Assembly: GCA_038064855.1 (NCBI GenBank)
Contig: JBBTSE010000007.1
Location: forward strand, 151,699 to 215,698
From: Patescibacteria group bacterium
GTDB taxonomy: Bacteria; Patescibacteriota; Minisyncoccia; Ryanbacterales; GWA2-47-10b
Length of the DNA: 64,000 nt
Reading direction: 5' to 3'
The notes under the pieces are model-generated. The model was not told the DNA's origin. It saw only the letters and a program-made list of their open reading frames with translations, and did no database searches. A program made the position numbers and the translations under genes. Shown here piece after piece: positions 38,202 to 47,201 of the stretch. The number at the start of each line of letters is the position of its first letter. Within the stretch, counting starts at the first letter, position 1.

Positions 38202-38513
38202 CTAGGCGGTAGCCGCCACCTTGGGCCTGCGAACGAGTGTGAGTCGGCGCTCGACGAAATCATCTGCGGGCGATGCCGTCACCTGTGCGATCTCAGACTG
38301 GAACTCGCGGAAGAACCAGTTGAGGTCCTCGCCGTAGGCGCGAGCGATCTTGATGATGATCGCAATCGTGGGCGTGCGGCCGCCGAGGTAGTTGTACACG
38401 GCTGACAGACTGATGCCTACGCGCCACGCAAACTCCTTGGGCTCGCCTGCCACGAGCATGTTGATACGATCTACCACGAACTCCGAATCGAATGGCTGGT
38501 GCTGCTTCTGCAC
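38202..38513 (-). CDS. GC-rich XRE/Cro-family HTH transcriptional regulator
   Basis: ~58% GC; GTG start with SD AACCAAGGAGG; HTH FAWRVGISLSAVYNYLGGRTP. Confidence 0.65.
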   Translation of the reverse strand: MQKQHQPFDSEFVVDRINMLVAGEPKEFAWRVGISLSAVYNYLGGRTPTIAIIIKIARAYGEDLNWFFREFQSEIAQVTASPADDFVERRLTLVRRPKVAATA

Positions 38514-38583
38514 TACGCTCCTCCTTGGTTATGATGGTACTGCTTATTTGTATACTTACCCGAAAATACCCAAAAGTCAACCT

Positions 38584-38610
38584 AACAAAAAAGCACCCCG
38601 AGGGGGAGCT
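38584..38610 (-). terminator. terminator after rpmG
   Basis: GC-rich hairpin AGCACCCC-GAG-GGGGAGCT followed by TTTTTTGTT on the minus strand. Confidence 0.55.
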
Positions 38611-38617
38611 TTGATGT

Positions 38618-38776
38618 TTATTTCTTCGATTCCTTGTGCTTTGTATGTTTACGGCACCACTCACAATGTTTGCTGGTCTCGATTTTTTTCTCAACTTTGC
38701 GAACATTTTTATGCGTATAGTAGTTGTAACGCTTACAGACAGAGCAACGGAGTCGGATTAGGTTTGGTTGCGGCAT
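38618..38776 (-). CDS. rpmG: 50S ribosomal protein L33 (zinc-ribbon form; not in ORF track)
   Basis: Manual translation MPQPNLIRLRCSVCKRYNYYTHKNVRKVEKKIETSKHCEWCRKHTKHKESKK. Confidence 0.8.
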   Translation of the reverse strand: MPQPNLIRLRCSVCKRYNYYTHKNVRKVEKKIETSKHCEWCRKHTKHKESKK

Positions 38777-38819
38777 AGCTAATAGAATATACGATATCGG
38801 ATAGTTTGTAAAGTATTGG

Positions 38820-38892
38820 AGCCAATGGACGGAATTGAACCGACGACCTACTCCTTACCATGGAGTTGCTCTACCGACTGAGCTACATTGGC
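38820..38892 (-). tRNA. tRNA-Thr (anticodon GGT)
   Basis: GCCAATGTAGCTCAGTCGGTAGAGCA..., anticodon loop ATGGTAA, T-arm GGTTCAATTCC. Confidence 0.85.
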
Positions 38893-38923
38893 ACTAAAAT
38901 ACCGTCAGAATACTATATCTTTT

Positions 38924-39238
38924 TTATTCGGCACTTTCAAGAAAAATGCGCTTTTCAAACCCTCCACGCCTCGTGCGCTTTTCTTCCTGGATGCGCAAAA
39001 TATCTTCTTTTGAAAAGCCATGAACTTTCGCCATAGCATCAAGCACCTCGTAGATATCGGCCATCTCTTCTTTACGATCTTCGTCTCCGTGACGCAACTC
39101 TTGTACTTCTTCTAAAAGCTTATCATCGAGCGCTTTGAGGTATTCGGGCTCGGCCAACACACGCGTAGTGGGCTTTGAACCATCTTTGATCATAATCTCG
39201 GGAACATTGTCCCGAACAAGTTTTCTAAAAATTTTCAT
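38924..39238 (-). CDS. MazG/HisE-like nucleotide pyrophosphohydrolase (small)
   Basis: 104 aa after trimming to MKIFRKL; EEVQELRHGD...EEMADIYEVLDAM matches the MazG EExxE/D motifs. Confidence 0.6.
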   Translation of the reverse strand: MKIFRKLVRDNVPEIMIKDGSKPTTRVLAEPEYLKALDDKLLEEVQELRHGDEDRKEEMADIYEVLDAMAKVHGFSKEDILRIQEEKRTRRGGFEKRIFLESAE

Positions 39239-39252
39239 ATATTTTTTGTGTG

Positions 39253-39340
39253 GGCAGGGAGGGATTCGCAGCGCCTCCTCAGCGCAGCCCACGGATATTC
39301 GCTCGAACCGGTGGCGCTCATATCCGGTTCGAATCCTCTT
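39253..39340 (-). other. tRNA-Tyr-derived fragment: acceptor/T-arm 3' half fused to an unrelated hairpin-rich segment
   Basis: Minus strand ends ...GCGAATCCCTCCCTGCCCA, identical to the tRNA-Tyr 3' end, but no matching 5' half nearby. Confidence 0.4.
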
Positions 39341-39362
39341 ATTATAAATATGCATTCTGCAT

Positions 39363-39449
39363 TGGTGGGCAGGGAGGGATTCGAACCCCCGTAGCCACAT
39401 GGGCGCCAGATTTACAGTCTGGTGCGATTGACCGCTCCGCCACCTGCCC
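39363..39449 (-). tRNA. tRNA-Tyr (anticodon GTA), CCA encoded
   Basis: GGGCAGGTGGCGGAGCGGTCAATCGCACCAGACTGTAAATCTGG..., long variable arm, GGTTCGAATCC, ...CTGCCCACCA. Confidence 0.85.
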
Positions 39450-39468
39450 GTTGAGTTAGTCAACTAGG

Positions 39469-39517
39469 ATGGGCGTCCCGCTTTAGCGGGATGCATTGAC
39501 CGCTCCGCCACCTGCCC
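39469..39517 (-). repeat. 49-bp direct repeat copy 2 containing the first 23 nt of tRNA-Tyr
   Basis: Identical to 39781..39829; minus strand reads GGGCAGGTGGCGGAGCGGTCAAT + GCATCCCGCTAAAGCGGGACGCCCAT. Confidence 0.7.
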
Positions 39518-39526
39518 ATTCACTAG

Positions 39527-39772
39527 CTAGCTTATTTGTAACAACTTTTTGAACATCTCGCCACCCTTCCATGACTTTATCTCTTTTTCGCGTCTCAAAG
39601 CAGTAATTCTGTCCTCATACTGCTCGCTGTAAATGAGCTCTAGAGGACGACGATGTTTTGTAGAAATATTGCCACCAGAGTTGTGGCGCAAGAGGCGTTT
39701 TTCAAGGTCAGAGGTAAACCCTATATAATGCCTACCATCTTTTTGACTCTTTAAAACATAAATGTACCACAT
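39527..39772 (-). CDS. small GIY-YIG nuclease family protein (COG2827-like)
   Basis: MWYIYVLKSQKDGRHYIGFTSDLEKRLLRHNSG...ELIYSEQYEDRITALRREKEIKSWKG. The ORF-track N-terminal extension is just read-through of the repeat. Confidence 0.75.
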   Translation of the reverse strand: MWYIYVLKSQKDGRHYIGFTSDLEKRLLRHNSGGNISTKHRRPLELIYSEQYEDRITALRREKEIKSWKGGEMFKKLLQIS

Positions 39773-39780
39773 AATTCCAC

Positions 39781-39829
39781 ATGGGCGTCCCGCTTTAGCG
39801 GGATGCATTGACCGCTCCGCCACCTGCCC
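39781..39829 (-). repeat. 49-bp direct repeat copy 1 (tRNA-Tyr 5' fragment) immediately upstream of the GIY-YIG gene
   Basis: Identical to 39469..39517. Confidence 0.7.
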
Positions 39830-39873
39830 GTAGGCAAAAGAATACCAAGATTTTGCCAAAAGCTCAACTACCC

Positions 39874-42564
39874 TTAGCGGGCGGCGGCTTTTGAGGGCTG
39901 TACTTTACGCTTTGGTGGCAGGCTCTTTACCCCGCTATCAAAGCGATATGCGCCACCTTTATGGTCGATTTGTACTTTGGTGCCGTCAGCAATCTTGCCT
40001 CCTACCAGCATCTCGGCGAGCGGATTAAGAATCTTATTTTGAATCACACGCTTGAGCGGACGCGCACCATAGTGCTTGTCATACCCTTCTTCGATGAGCG
40101 CCTCTTTAGCAGATTTGGATACCGTAAACTCAATGCCTTTTTTGGCGAGACGCATTGATACCAAATCAAGCTGTACGTCGACAATGCGCATGAGGTCTTC
40201 TTTGTTGAGCGTGTTGAAGATAATCGTACCATCAAGACGATTGAGAAACTCAGGGCGAAAACGCTGCTCGAGTGTTTTACGGATGCGGCGTTCGAGCTCT
40301 TCATGATGACGATCTTCCTCGCGCACGGTGCCATCGAGCTGAAATCCTACCTTGCCCATCTCAAAGACAAACTCGGAGCCAATATTTGAAGTCATGATGA
40401 TCAGCGTATTTTTGAAGTTTACATGTCTCCCCTTCGCGTCAGTCAGACGCCCATTATCAAGAATCTGAAGCATGATATTGAATACCTCAGGGTGAGCTTT
40501 TTCAATTTCATCAAACAACAACACCGAATACGGACGATGACGCACAAGCTCAGTGAGCTGACCTCCCTCCTCGTATCCGACATAACCGGGTGGTGAACCT
40601 ATAAATTTTGAGATCGCATGCTTTTCCATGTATTCGGACATATCGACGCGTATCAATGATTTCTCATCGTTGAATAAAAACGCAGCCAGGGCTCGCGCAA
40701 GTTCGGTCTTACCAACACCTGTTGGACCCAAGAAAATAAACGAACCGATTGGTCGGTCTTCTTCGCTGATACCCGCGCGTGACCTTCGCACCGCATTGGC
40801 AACCTCGGTGATCGCTTGATCTTGACCGATAACGCGCTGCTTGAGACCAGCTTCCATGGTCGCGAGCTTTGCCGCCTCTTCTTCGAGCATGCGCTCGACT
40901 GGAATACCTGTCCAACGCTGAACGACACGGGCGATATCTTCAGGTCCTACTTCTTCTTTGAGCATTTGGCGAGAGCTTTGGAGCTTGCGTAATCGTTGCT
41001 CTTCTTCAGCGAGTGCTTGAGTGACCGAAGGAATGCGTCCATAGCGAATCTCGGCTACTTTGGCGTAGTCGGCGGATCGTTCGGCTGCGTCCGACTCTTG
41101 ACGCAATTGCTCCATGTCTTTACCAAGCTCGCGAATGCGCGCGATAGTTTCTTTCTCACTTTTCCATTTTTCTTCGAGCGCGCCATATTTCTCTTTGAGA
41201 CCCGCAAGTTCTTTTTCAAGTACTGACATCTGGCGCTTTGATTTGCCGTCGTTTTTCATTGCTTCACGCTCAATCTCAAGACGCATCACTTCGCGTTTGA
41301 GAGTTTCTAAATCAAGCGGCGTTGATTCCATGTCGAGACGCAAACTTGATCCCGCCTCGTCCATAAGATCGACAGCTTTGTCAGGCAAAAAACGATCCGT
41401 GATATAGCGACGCGAAAGATCTACCGCCTGCCTGATCGCCGCGTCAGTGATGCGTACGCCATGATGGAGCTCGTACCGGTCACGAAGCCCTCGCAAAATA
41501 CTGATAGCATCTTCGGGTGATGGTTCTTCTACATAGACGGGCTGGAAACGACGCGAGAGTGCGGGATCTTTTTCAATATATTTTTGATATTCTTTGAGAG
41601 TTGTAGCGCCGATCACATGAAGCTCGCCACGAGCAAGGGCGGGCTTGAGCATATTTGATGCGTCCATGGCGCCCTCGGCTGCTCCTGCGCCTACCAAAGT
41701 ATGAAGCTCGTCAATAAACAAAAGCACATTGCCTTCTGATCGCTGAATTTCTTTGATGACCGCTTTCAGACGCTCTTCGAACTCGCCACGGTATTTGGTG
41801 CCGGCAACCAGCGCGCCCAAATCAAGCGCGATAACTTCCTTACCACGCAAGCTCTCGGGGATATCGCCTGACGCAATGCGTTGCGCAAGACCGTCAACGA
41901 TAGCAGTCTTGCCAACACCCGCCTCACCAATGAGTACGGGATTATTTTTTGTGCGGCGCGAGAGAATTTGAACCACGCGGCGAATTTCTTCTTCGCGTCC
42001 AATGACCGGATCGAGCTTTTCTTCGCGCGCCATACGCGTAAGATTGCGCGCGTATTTTTCGAGCACCTGATACTTTGCTTCAGGCGTCTCATCGGTCACG
42101 CGTTGCGAACCGCGAATAGACGCGAGTGCTTTAAGTACATCTTCTTTATCAAGTTTGAAACGATCAATGACTTCTTTTGCCTTTGATGGCACTTCCAAAA
42201 GACCCAAAAACAAATGCTCAGTTGAAATATATTCATCTTTGAGCATTGCTGCTACCTTGTGCGCGGCCTCAATGACACGCGCGAGCTCGGGGGTCAGATA
42301 AAACTGCTGATTGGGCGCGAGCACAAAAGTGCCTCGGCGTTCGTCGAGAATATCAAAAACCACATCAGAAAATTGCATATAGTCGATCTCGAGGCGTTCA
42401 AGGATCGCAGAGATAACTCCTTCTTCTTGAAGCAAAAGTGAACCGAGCAAATGCATGGCGCCGAGCGAGTTTTGCCCGCGCTCAACCGCCAGGTCATGCG
42501 CGCGCTTGAGAGCTTCTTGCGCTTTGATCGTAAAATTGTTGAACGGGTTATTGAATGGAGGCAT
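39874..42564 (-). CDS. clpB: ATP-dependent chaperone ClpB
   Basis: 896 aa; N-domain, two AAA+ modules ([16 protein letters not shown]), middle coiled-coil. Confidence 0.95.
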   Translation of the reverse strand: MPPFNNPFNNFTIKAQEALKRAHDLAVERGQNSLGAMHLLGSLLLQEEGVISAILERLEIDYMQFSDVVFDILDERRGTFVLAPNQQFYLTPELARVIEAAHKVAAMLKDEYISTEHLFLGLLEVPSKAKEVIDRFKLDKEDVLKALASIRGSQRVTDETPEAKYQVLEKYARNLTRMAREEKLDPVIGREEEIRRVVQILSRRTKNNPVLIGEAGVGKTAIVDGLAQRIASGDIPESLRGKEVIALDLGALVAGTKYRGEFEERLKAVIKEIQRSEGNVLLFIDELHTLVGAGAAEGAMDASNMLKPALARGELHVIGATTLKEYQKYIEKDPALSRRFQPVYVEEPSPEDAISILRGLRDRYELHHGVRITDAAIRQAVDLSRRYITDRFLPDKAVDLMDEAGSSLRLDMESTPLDLETLKREVMRLEIEREAMKNDGKSKRQMSVLEKELAGLKEKYGALEEKWKSEKETIARIRELGKDMEQLRQESDAAERSADYAKVAEIRYGRIPSVTQALAEEEQRLRKLQSSRQMLKEEVGPEDIARVVQRWTGIPVERMLEEEAAKLATMEAGLKQRVIGQDQAITEVANAVRRSRAGISEEDRPIGSFIFLGPTGVGKTELARALAAFLFNDEKSLIRVDMSEYMEKHAISKFIGSPPGYVGYEEGGQLTELVRHRPYSVLLFDEIEKAHPEVFNIMLQILDNGRLTDAKGRHVNFKNTLIIMTSNIGSEFVFEMGKVGFQLDGTVREEDRHHEELERRIRKTLEQRFRPEFLNRLDGTIIFNTLNKEDLMRIVDVQLDLVSMRLAKKGIEFTVSKSAKEALIEEGYDKHYGARPLKRVIQNKILNPLAEMLVGGKIADGTKVQIDHKGGAYRFDSGVKSLPPKRKVQPSKAAAR

Positions 42565-42568
42565 ATGT

Positions 42569-43816
42569 TTAGAATTTACGCTCTACGAGTGCTAACTGAA
42601 TCGCTTGCTCTTTGCCGTCACGGATAAACTTTACTGATATAGTCTCGCCTACTTTATGCTTTTGGATGAGCTCGGCCAAGGGATTGGTAACGGTTGGTTT
42701 CTCACCACCGAATTCGGTGATCACATCACCAGTCTTGATCCCTGCCTTGTCTGCAGGAGAACCTGCGGTCACTGCGGGACTACCATCATCACTCGCACAC
42801 AAGGCGCCCTCGGTAATTGATAGCTTGCGTTCTTTCGCAATATCGCCGTCGAGCATGATATATCGTATACCGAGAAACGGATAAGATATCCTGCCAAACT
42901 TCTCAACATCACTGATATCTTTTTTGATGATATTGATAGGTAGCGCGAAGCCAATATTTTCTGCGCCTGAGGCGACTGCCGTATTGACACCTATCACCTC
43001 GCCTGAAAGATTGATGAGTGGACCACCTGAATTACCCGGGTTGATAGCGGCATCGGTTTGGATAAGCTGACGCAATTCAAATCCTGATGCAACCACGGTG
43101 CGGCTCAACCCTGAGACGATACCTACCGAAATAGTATTTTGAAACTCGCCAAGTGCGTTACCAATGGCGATTACTTTTTGACCAAGCTGTGCTGATGCAG
43201 AGTCACCAAGCGCGATAGTAGGAAGACCCTTGGCATCAATTTTAAGAATGGCTACATCTTGAAGCGGATCGCGGGCAAGTACCTTGGCAATGTATTTTTT
43301 ACCATCATTCATAAGTGCCGTGTATTCAGCGTCGCGATCTTGTACCACATGGCGATTTGTTACAACAAGGCCATCATCGCGCACGATAAAACCAGATCCC
43401 GCAGATATTTGTTGCTTTTGAGTGCCTTTTTGACAAAGCGCGGGTACACGAAAATCAGGGAAAAATTGGCTCAGCGCGTCATCCTCGCCAAACGGCGAAA
43501 CCATACACTGCTCAACCTTGGGTAAATCTTTGGTGGCGATAATACTCACGACAGCTGGTGAGACGCGGCGTACCACATCAACCACTCGCTGTTCTTCGGT
43601 GATGACATTTATGGTCTTACCCTTGTCATCTGAATTTGAATCATCATTGTTGCTCACCGCCTCAACAGTCCTTTCAACAACGCGCTGGATAGTCTGCGTG
43701 ACCGTTTGCGGTGATTGATCATAGAGCGCAGCCGTAACTATCGCCGTGGTAAATGATACGACGATACTCATCAGTAAAAAGAGTAGTACAAGTTGTGTTT
43801 TAGTGAGGTCTTCCAT
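42569..43816 (-). CDS. HtrA/DegP-family periplasmic serine protease (trypsin-like + PDZ)
   Basis: [19 protein letters not shown] and [10 protein letters not shown] catalytic motifs; C-terminal PDZ. Confidence 0.9.
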   Translation of the reverse strand: MEDLTKTQLVLLFLLMSIVVSFTTAIVTAALYDQSPQTVTQTIQRVVERTVEAVSNNDDSNSDDKGKTINVITEEQRVVDVVRRVSPAVVSIIATKDLPKVEQCMVSPFGEDDALSQFFPDFRVPALCQKGTQKQQISAGSGFIVRDDGLVVTNRHVVQDRDAEYTALMNDGKKYIAKVLARDPLQDVAILKIDAKGLPTIALGDSASAQLGQKVIAIGNALGEFQNTISVGIVSGLSRTVVASGFELRQLIQTDAAINPGNSGGPLINLSGEVIGVNTAVASGAENIGFALPINIIKKDISDVEKFGRISYPFLGIRYIMLDGDIAKERKLSITEGALCASDDGSPAVTAGSPADKAGIKTGDVITEFGGEKPTVTNPLAELIQKHKVGETISVKFIRDGKEQAIQLALVERKF

Positions 43817-43844
43817 AGAAAAACCAGCTTATCTGACTAAGGTG

Positions 43845-43872
43845 ATTATACAATAAAATTGCCTGTCTGCAA
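43845..43872 (-). promoter_or_regulatory. putative promoter of htrA-clpB (TTGCAG-16 nt-TGnTATAAT)
   Basis: Minus-strand read TTGCAG acaggcaattttattg TATAAT with extended -10 TG. Confidence 0.45.
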
Positions 43873-43875
43873 AGG

Positions 43876-44100
43876 TTATTCGACGGCTTCGACTCTCTCG
43901 ATGCCATTGAAGTTTTCTTTGAGGATCATCTCGATGCCTTCTTTGAGGGTGAGAGCTGCGAGCGGACAACCCTTGCAAGTACCTTTGAGGCGTAAGTTTA
44001 CAACACCATCTTGATAGGAAACAAACTCCGCATCTCCGCGGTGGAATGCCAGCATAGGGCTTACCTGCTCTTTGAGTACTTTTTTAATTTCTGATTCCAT
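43876..44100 (-). CDS. NifU C-terminal domain (Nfu-type) Fe-S cluster carrier
   Basis: 74 aa with CxxC in GTCKGCPLA. Confidence 0.7.
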   Translation of the reverse strand: MESEIKKVLKEQVSPMLAFHRGDAEFVSYQDGVVNLRLKGTCKGCPLAALTLKEGIEMILKENFNGIERVEAVE

Positions 44101-44674
44101 ATTTTTCTATCAAGCCGGATACATGCGACCAATCGATATTTTTGAAGAATGCTTCGATATACGCTTTGCGTGCGGTAGCGTAGTCAATGAAATACGCGTG
44201 CTCATAGACATCCATGACCAGAAGCGCCACCGAATTCCATACGCCACCTTGGTTGTGCGTATCACACACGACATTGCGCAAACGCTTGTCATCAAGGTCA
44301 TAGGCGAGCACTACCCAACCGCGCGCACAAAGCCCGAGGGCTTTGAACTCGGCTGCCCAATGCTCTACCGAACCAAAGTCACGAATAATAAGATCAGCAA
44401 TGATACCTGCTGGCGCAGAAGTACCTTCGAACATATTGTCGAAATAGCCCTCATGGAGCTTCACGCCGTTTAATGCAAAGGTCTCTTCTATCTTTAACGC
44501 ACGAAGGTCGGAAAAAGTAGCGTTGGCTGACGCAAGATCAGCTGACTTGAGCTTTTCATCTATCTCGTCAACTTTCTTTACATAGCCGGCATACAGCACA
44601 TCGTGATGTTCTTTGAGCTGACGCTCAGAGATGCCTTCGAGTTTTGTGTATTTTAATGGTTTTGGTGTGTGCAT
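44084..44674 (-). CDS. Fe/Mn superoxide dismutase
   Basis: DVYEHAYFIDY and other Fe/Mn-SOD motifs; 196 aa. Confidence 0.9.
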   Translation of the reverse strand: MHTPKPLKYTKLEGISERQLKEHHDVLYAGYVKKVDEIDEKLKSADLASANATFSDLRALKIEETFALNGVKLHEGYFDNMFEGTSAPAGIIADLIIRDFGSVEHWAAEFKALGLCARGWVVLAYDLDDKRLRNVVCDTHNQGGVWNSVALLVMDVYEHAYFIDYATARKAYIEAFFKNIDWSHVSGLIEKYGIRN

Positions 44675-44680
44675 AATATT

Positions 44681-44911
44681 TTATGGATAGATTTGATTGC
44701 CTTGTTCATCAAATAAAAGAATGGCGCGCGTAGGGCATGATTGTGCCGCGAGCAATATCGTCTCATCATCAGCGCCTTTTGGGTTGGTGACGATTGCCTT
44801 GTTTTCTTCGTCGAGTGAAAAAACGCCCGGTGCGATTGCCACGCATGATGCCGCCCCAATGCAAAGATCGCGATCAACATGAATGCGGGCGATTTTTGGT
44901 ATATTAGCCAT
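44681..44911 (-). CDS. small ferredoxin ([3Fe-4S]/[4Fe-4S]-type)
   Basis: CIGAASC...SCP cysteine pattern; start trimmed to MANIPKI. Confidence 0.65.
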   Translation of the reverse strand: MANIPKIARIHVDRDLCIGAASCVAIAPGVFSLDEENKAIVTNPKGADDETILLAAQSCPTRAILLFDEQGNQIYP

Positions 44912-45581
44912 AATATTTTTCAGCGTAAAAGCGAATAAGTTGCTCAATATCCGTGATAGCTTCTTCACTGAGCCCTACACCCACTTTAAGCTTTTTCTGT
45001 ACTTCTTCCAAGGTTTGCGCACCCTCGAGCACCGCTTCTTCGATATCTTTATCGGTGATATTAAGCCTGTCATCAATCACGCGCGCGCCTTCAACCACGA
45101 TTTTTTCGTTCTGGCCTGTCTTGCGGTAATAATCATTTGCCGTTTTTTGAAATGCTTTGTCGGCCAACACCGAGCAGTGAATCTTACGATTTGGAAGGCC
45201 GCCCAACCGCTGCATGATATGCTGGGGTTTTACTTTGAGTGCTTGGTCAACCGTCAGACCATCATTTTCGGTGAGCATCACTGAATACATTGAGGTTGCG
45301 GCAATCGCCGAACCACAGCCAAATGTTTTCCATTTGAGATCTTTGATGCGACCCGTCTCGGGATCGACTTTGATCCACATGTTCATCATATCGCCGCACG
45401 CGGGGCTACCTACCATGCCCGATGCGTCATACTCATCCTCGACGGGCGCGTCGAGTAAAATATTGCGGGGTTTGAAAAAATGTTCTTTGACGATGTCGGA
45501 GTAATACCACTTCTCACCCGTGTAGTGGTTGATGACATCGATCTTTGCCCCTGTTAGTTGTTTGTTGTCTTGTGTATCCAT
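44904..45581 (-). CDS. Fe-S cluster scaffold NifU/IscU-like protein with C-terminal extension
   Basis: GSPACGDMM ... GCGSAIA scaffold cysteines. Confidence 0.85.
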   Translation of the reverse strand: MDTQDNKQLTGAKIDVINHYTGEKWYYSDIVKEHFFKPRNILLDAPVEDEYDASGMVGSPACGDMMNMWIKVDPETGRIKDLKWKTFGCGSAIAATSMYSVMLTENDGLTVDQALKVKPQHIMQRLGGLPNRKIHCSVLADKAFQKTANDYYRKTGQNEKIVVEGARVIDDRLNITDKDIEEAVLEGAQTLEEVQKKLKVGVGLSEEAITDIEQLIRFYAEKYYG

Positions 45582-45582
45582 A

Positions 45583-46866
45583 TTATTTATAGTTTTTTGA
45601 AGTTGCCTTCACTCGTAATCCCTCTCCTGCGAACGCTTCTGGATGCGACATGCCTGTAGCGTCTTCCGAGACCGTTATCGGAGAGATGCGCCGGAGTGTT
45701 TTCACCACATCAGGGAGTACCTCCATCACTTTATCGATTTCTTCTTTAGTTGTGTTTCTACCGAGCGTAAATCGAATGGAAGCATGAGCATACTCATAGG
45801 GGCGGCCAAGTGCCAAGATCACATGCGAAGGATCGAGCGATTCAGAAGTGCACGCTGATCCGGTAGAACATGCGATACCGTGTACATCAAGATACAAAAG
45901 GGTCGCCTCGCCTTCTATATCAAGAATAGAGACATTGATATTGTTTGGCAGGCGGCGCGTGGCATCTCCATTGAGTACGGTGCGGTGAATCTCGCGCGTG
46001 AGGCGTGAAGTAAAGTAATGACGCAAATCTTCAAGGCGCGTTGATTCTGCCTCTCGCGCGTCTGACGCGATCTGGAGAGCGGCTGCGAGACCTATGATAC
46101 CTGCGACATTTTCAGTACCAGCTCGGCGCTTGCCTTCTTGTGCACCACCAAAAATAATGGGGCGCATACGCGTGCCACGGCGGAGATACAAAACGCCCGA
46201 TCCCTTGGGCCCATAAATTTTTGATCCGTTGAGTACGAGCATATCAGTGTTAAGTTTTGTGATATTTAAATCGAGATATCCTGCCGCCTGACACGCGTCA
46301 GTATGAAAAAAAGGACCACTCGACAAGTCAGCTTTTGCTGCGCGATACTTGCGTACAATCTTGCCGATCTCCGCTACGGGCTGGATAGTACCAATCTCGT
46401 TGTTGGCGTACATGACTGATACCAAAATCGTATCGGCGCGGAGCGCGCGCTCGATATCTTGTGGATCGACAATGCCATCTTGTCCTACCGGCACGAGTGT
46501 GATCTCAAAACCCTCTTTTTTGAGTGCGTCGAGTGTGTGGAGTACGGCATGGTGTTCAATAGTAGTCGAGATGATGTGGCGACCCTTATCAGCGTATGCT
46601 CGTGCGACACCTGCGAGTGCCATCGTATCACCCTCAGTACCGCCCGATGTAAAAATAACCTCATCGGCGTGCGCGCCTAAAATATTTGCGATAGTCGTGC
46701 GCGCAGTATCAACAGCATCTTTGGCGCGTCGCCCCTCGCGATAGAGTGAGCCCGCGTTGCCAAACTCTTCGGTCATATATGGTGTCATGGCAGCCAAAAC
46801 ACGCCCGTCGAGCGGAGTCGCGGCTGCGTGATCCATATAGATTCGTTTGATGTTGTCAGTATTCAT
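45583..46866 (-). CDS. cysteine desulfurase (NifS/IscS family)
   Basis: PLP-fold class V aminotransferase; active-site ...SGSACTS...; start trimmed to MNTDNIK. Confidence 0.9.
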   Translation of the reverse strand: MNTDNIKRIYMDHAAATPLDGRVLAAMTPYMTEEFGNAGSLYREGRRAKDAVDTARTTIANILGAHADEVIFTSGGTEGDTMALAGVARAYADKGRHIISTTIEHHAVLHTLDALKKEGFEITLVPVGQDGIVDPQDIERALRADTILVSVMYANNEIGTIQPVAEIGKIVRKYRAAKADLSSGPFFHTDACQAAGYLDLNITKLNTDMLVLNGSKIYGPKGSGVLYLRRGTRMRPIIFGGAQEGKRRAGTENVAGIIGLAAALQIASDAREAESTRLEDLRHYFTSRLTREIHRTVLNGDATRRLPNNINVSILDIEGEATLLYLDVHGIACSTGSACTSESLDPSHVILALGRPYEYAHASIRFTLGRNTTKEEIDKVMEVLPDVVKTLRRISPITVSEDATGMSHPEAFAGEGLRVKATSKNYK

Positions 46867-46874
46867 TTGGATTT

Positions 46875-47156
46875 TTAGACTTTGATCTCCGCTGAAAATA
46901 CGCCGCATCCTTTGCATGGAAAATTTTCATTGAATGAATAGTAGATCTCGCGGCCCTTGCGTTCTTTTGTGATAAGCCCCATATCATCGAGCATTTTGAG
47001 GTGATAGGAGACGGTGGGTTGCGTGACGCTCATAACCTCGGTTATGTGAGCGACATTGACTTGTTTTGTCTTGATCTCACGCAAAATACGAAGACGGGTA
47101 CTATCAGAGAGTACCCGAAAGCAATTTGTGCACGAGTGTGCGGGCGCATCGGACAT
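46875..47156 (-). CDS. ArsR/SmtB-family HTH regulator heading the Fe-S operon
   Basis: LSDSTRLRILREI...TQPTVSYHLKML HTH; C-terminal CxGC. Confidence 0.8.
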   Translation of the reverse strand: MSDAPAHSCTNCFRVLSDSTRLRILREIKTKQVNVAHITEVMSVTQPTVSYHLKMLDDMGLITKERKGREIYYSFNENFPCKGCGVFSAEIKV

Positions 47157-47201
47157 ATAGACAAGTATCTATATTTCTAGCTAAAAGTCAAGCGCGCGGT
47201 G

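Noticed and set aside
38293-38778. ORF-track entries 38293..38706 (-) and 38392..38778 (+) in the tRNA-Thr/HTH intergenic region
   Set aside because: The region instead encodes a canonical 52-aa zinc-ribbon L33 (rpmG) in another frame, followed by a terminator. The listed ORFs have no motif support.
39469-39830. CRISPR array possibility for the 49-bp direct repeats
   Set aside because: There are only two copies. The 'spacer' is a 264-bp protein-coding gene, the repeats are tRNA-derived, and no cas genes are present. Not CRISPR.
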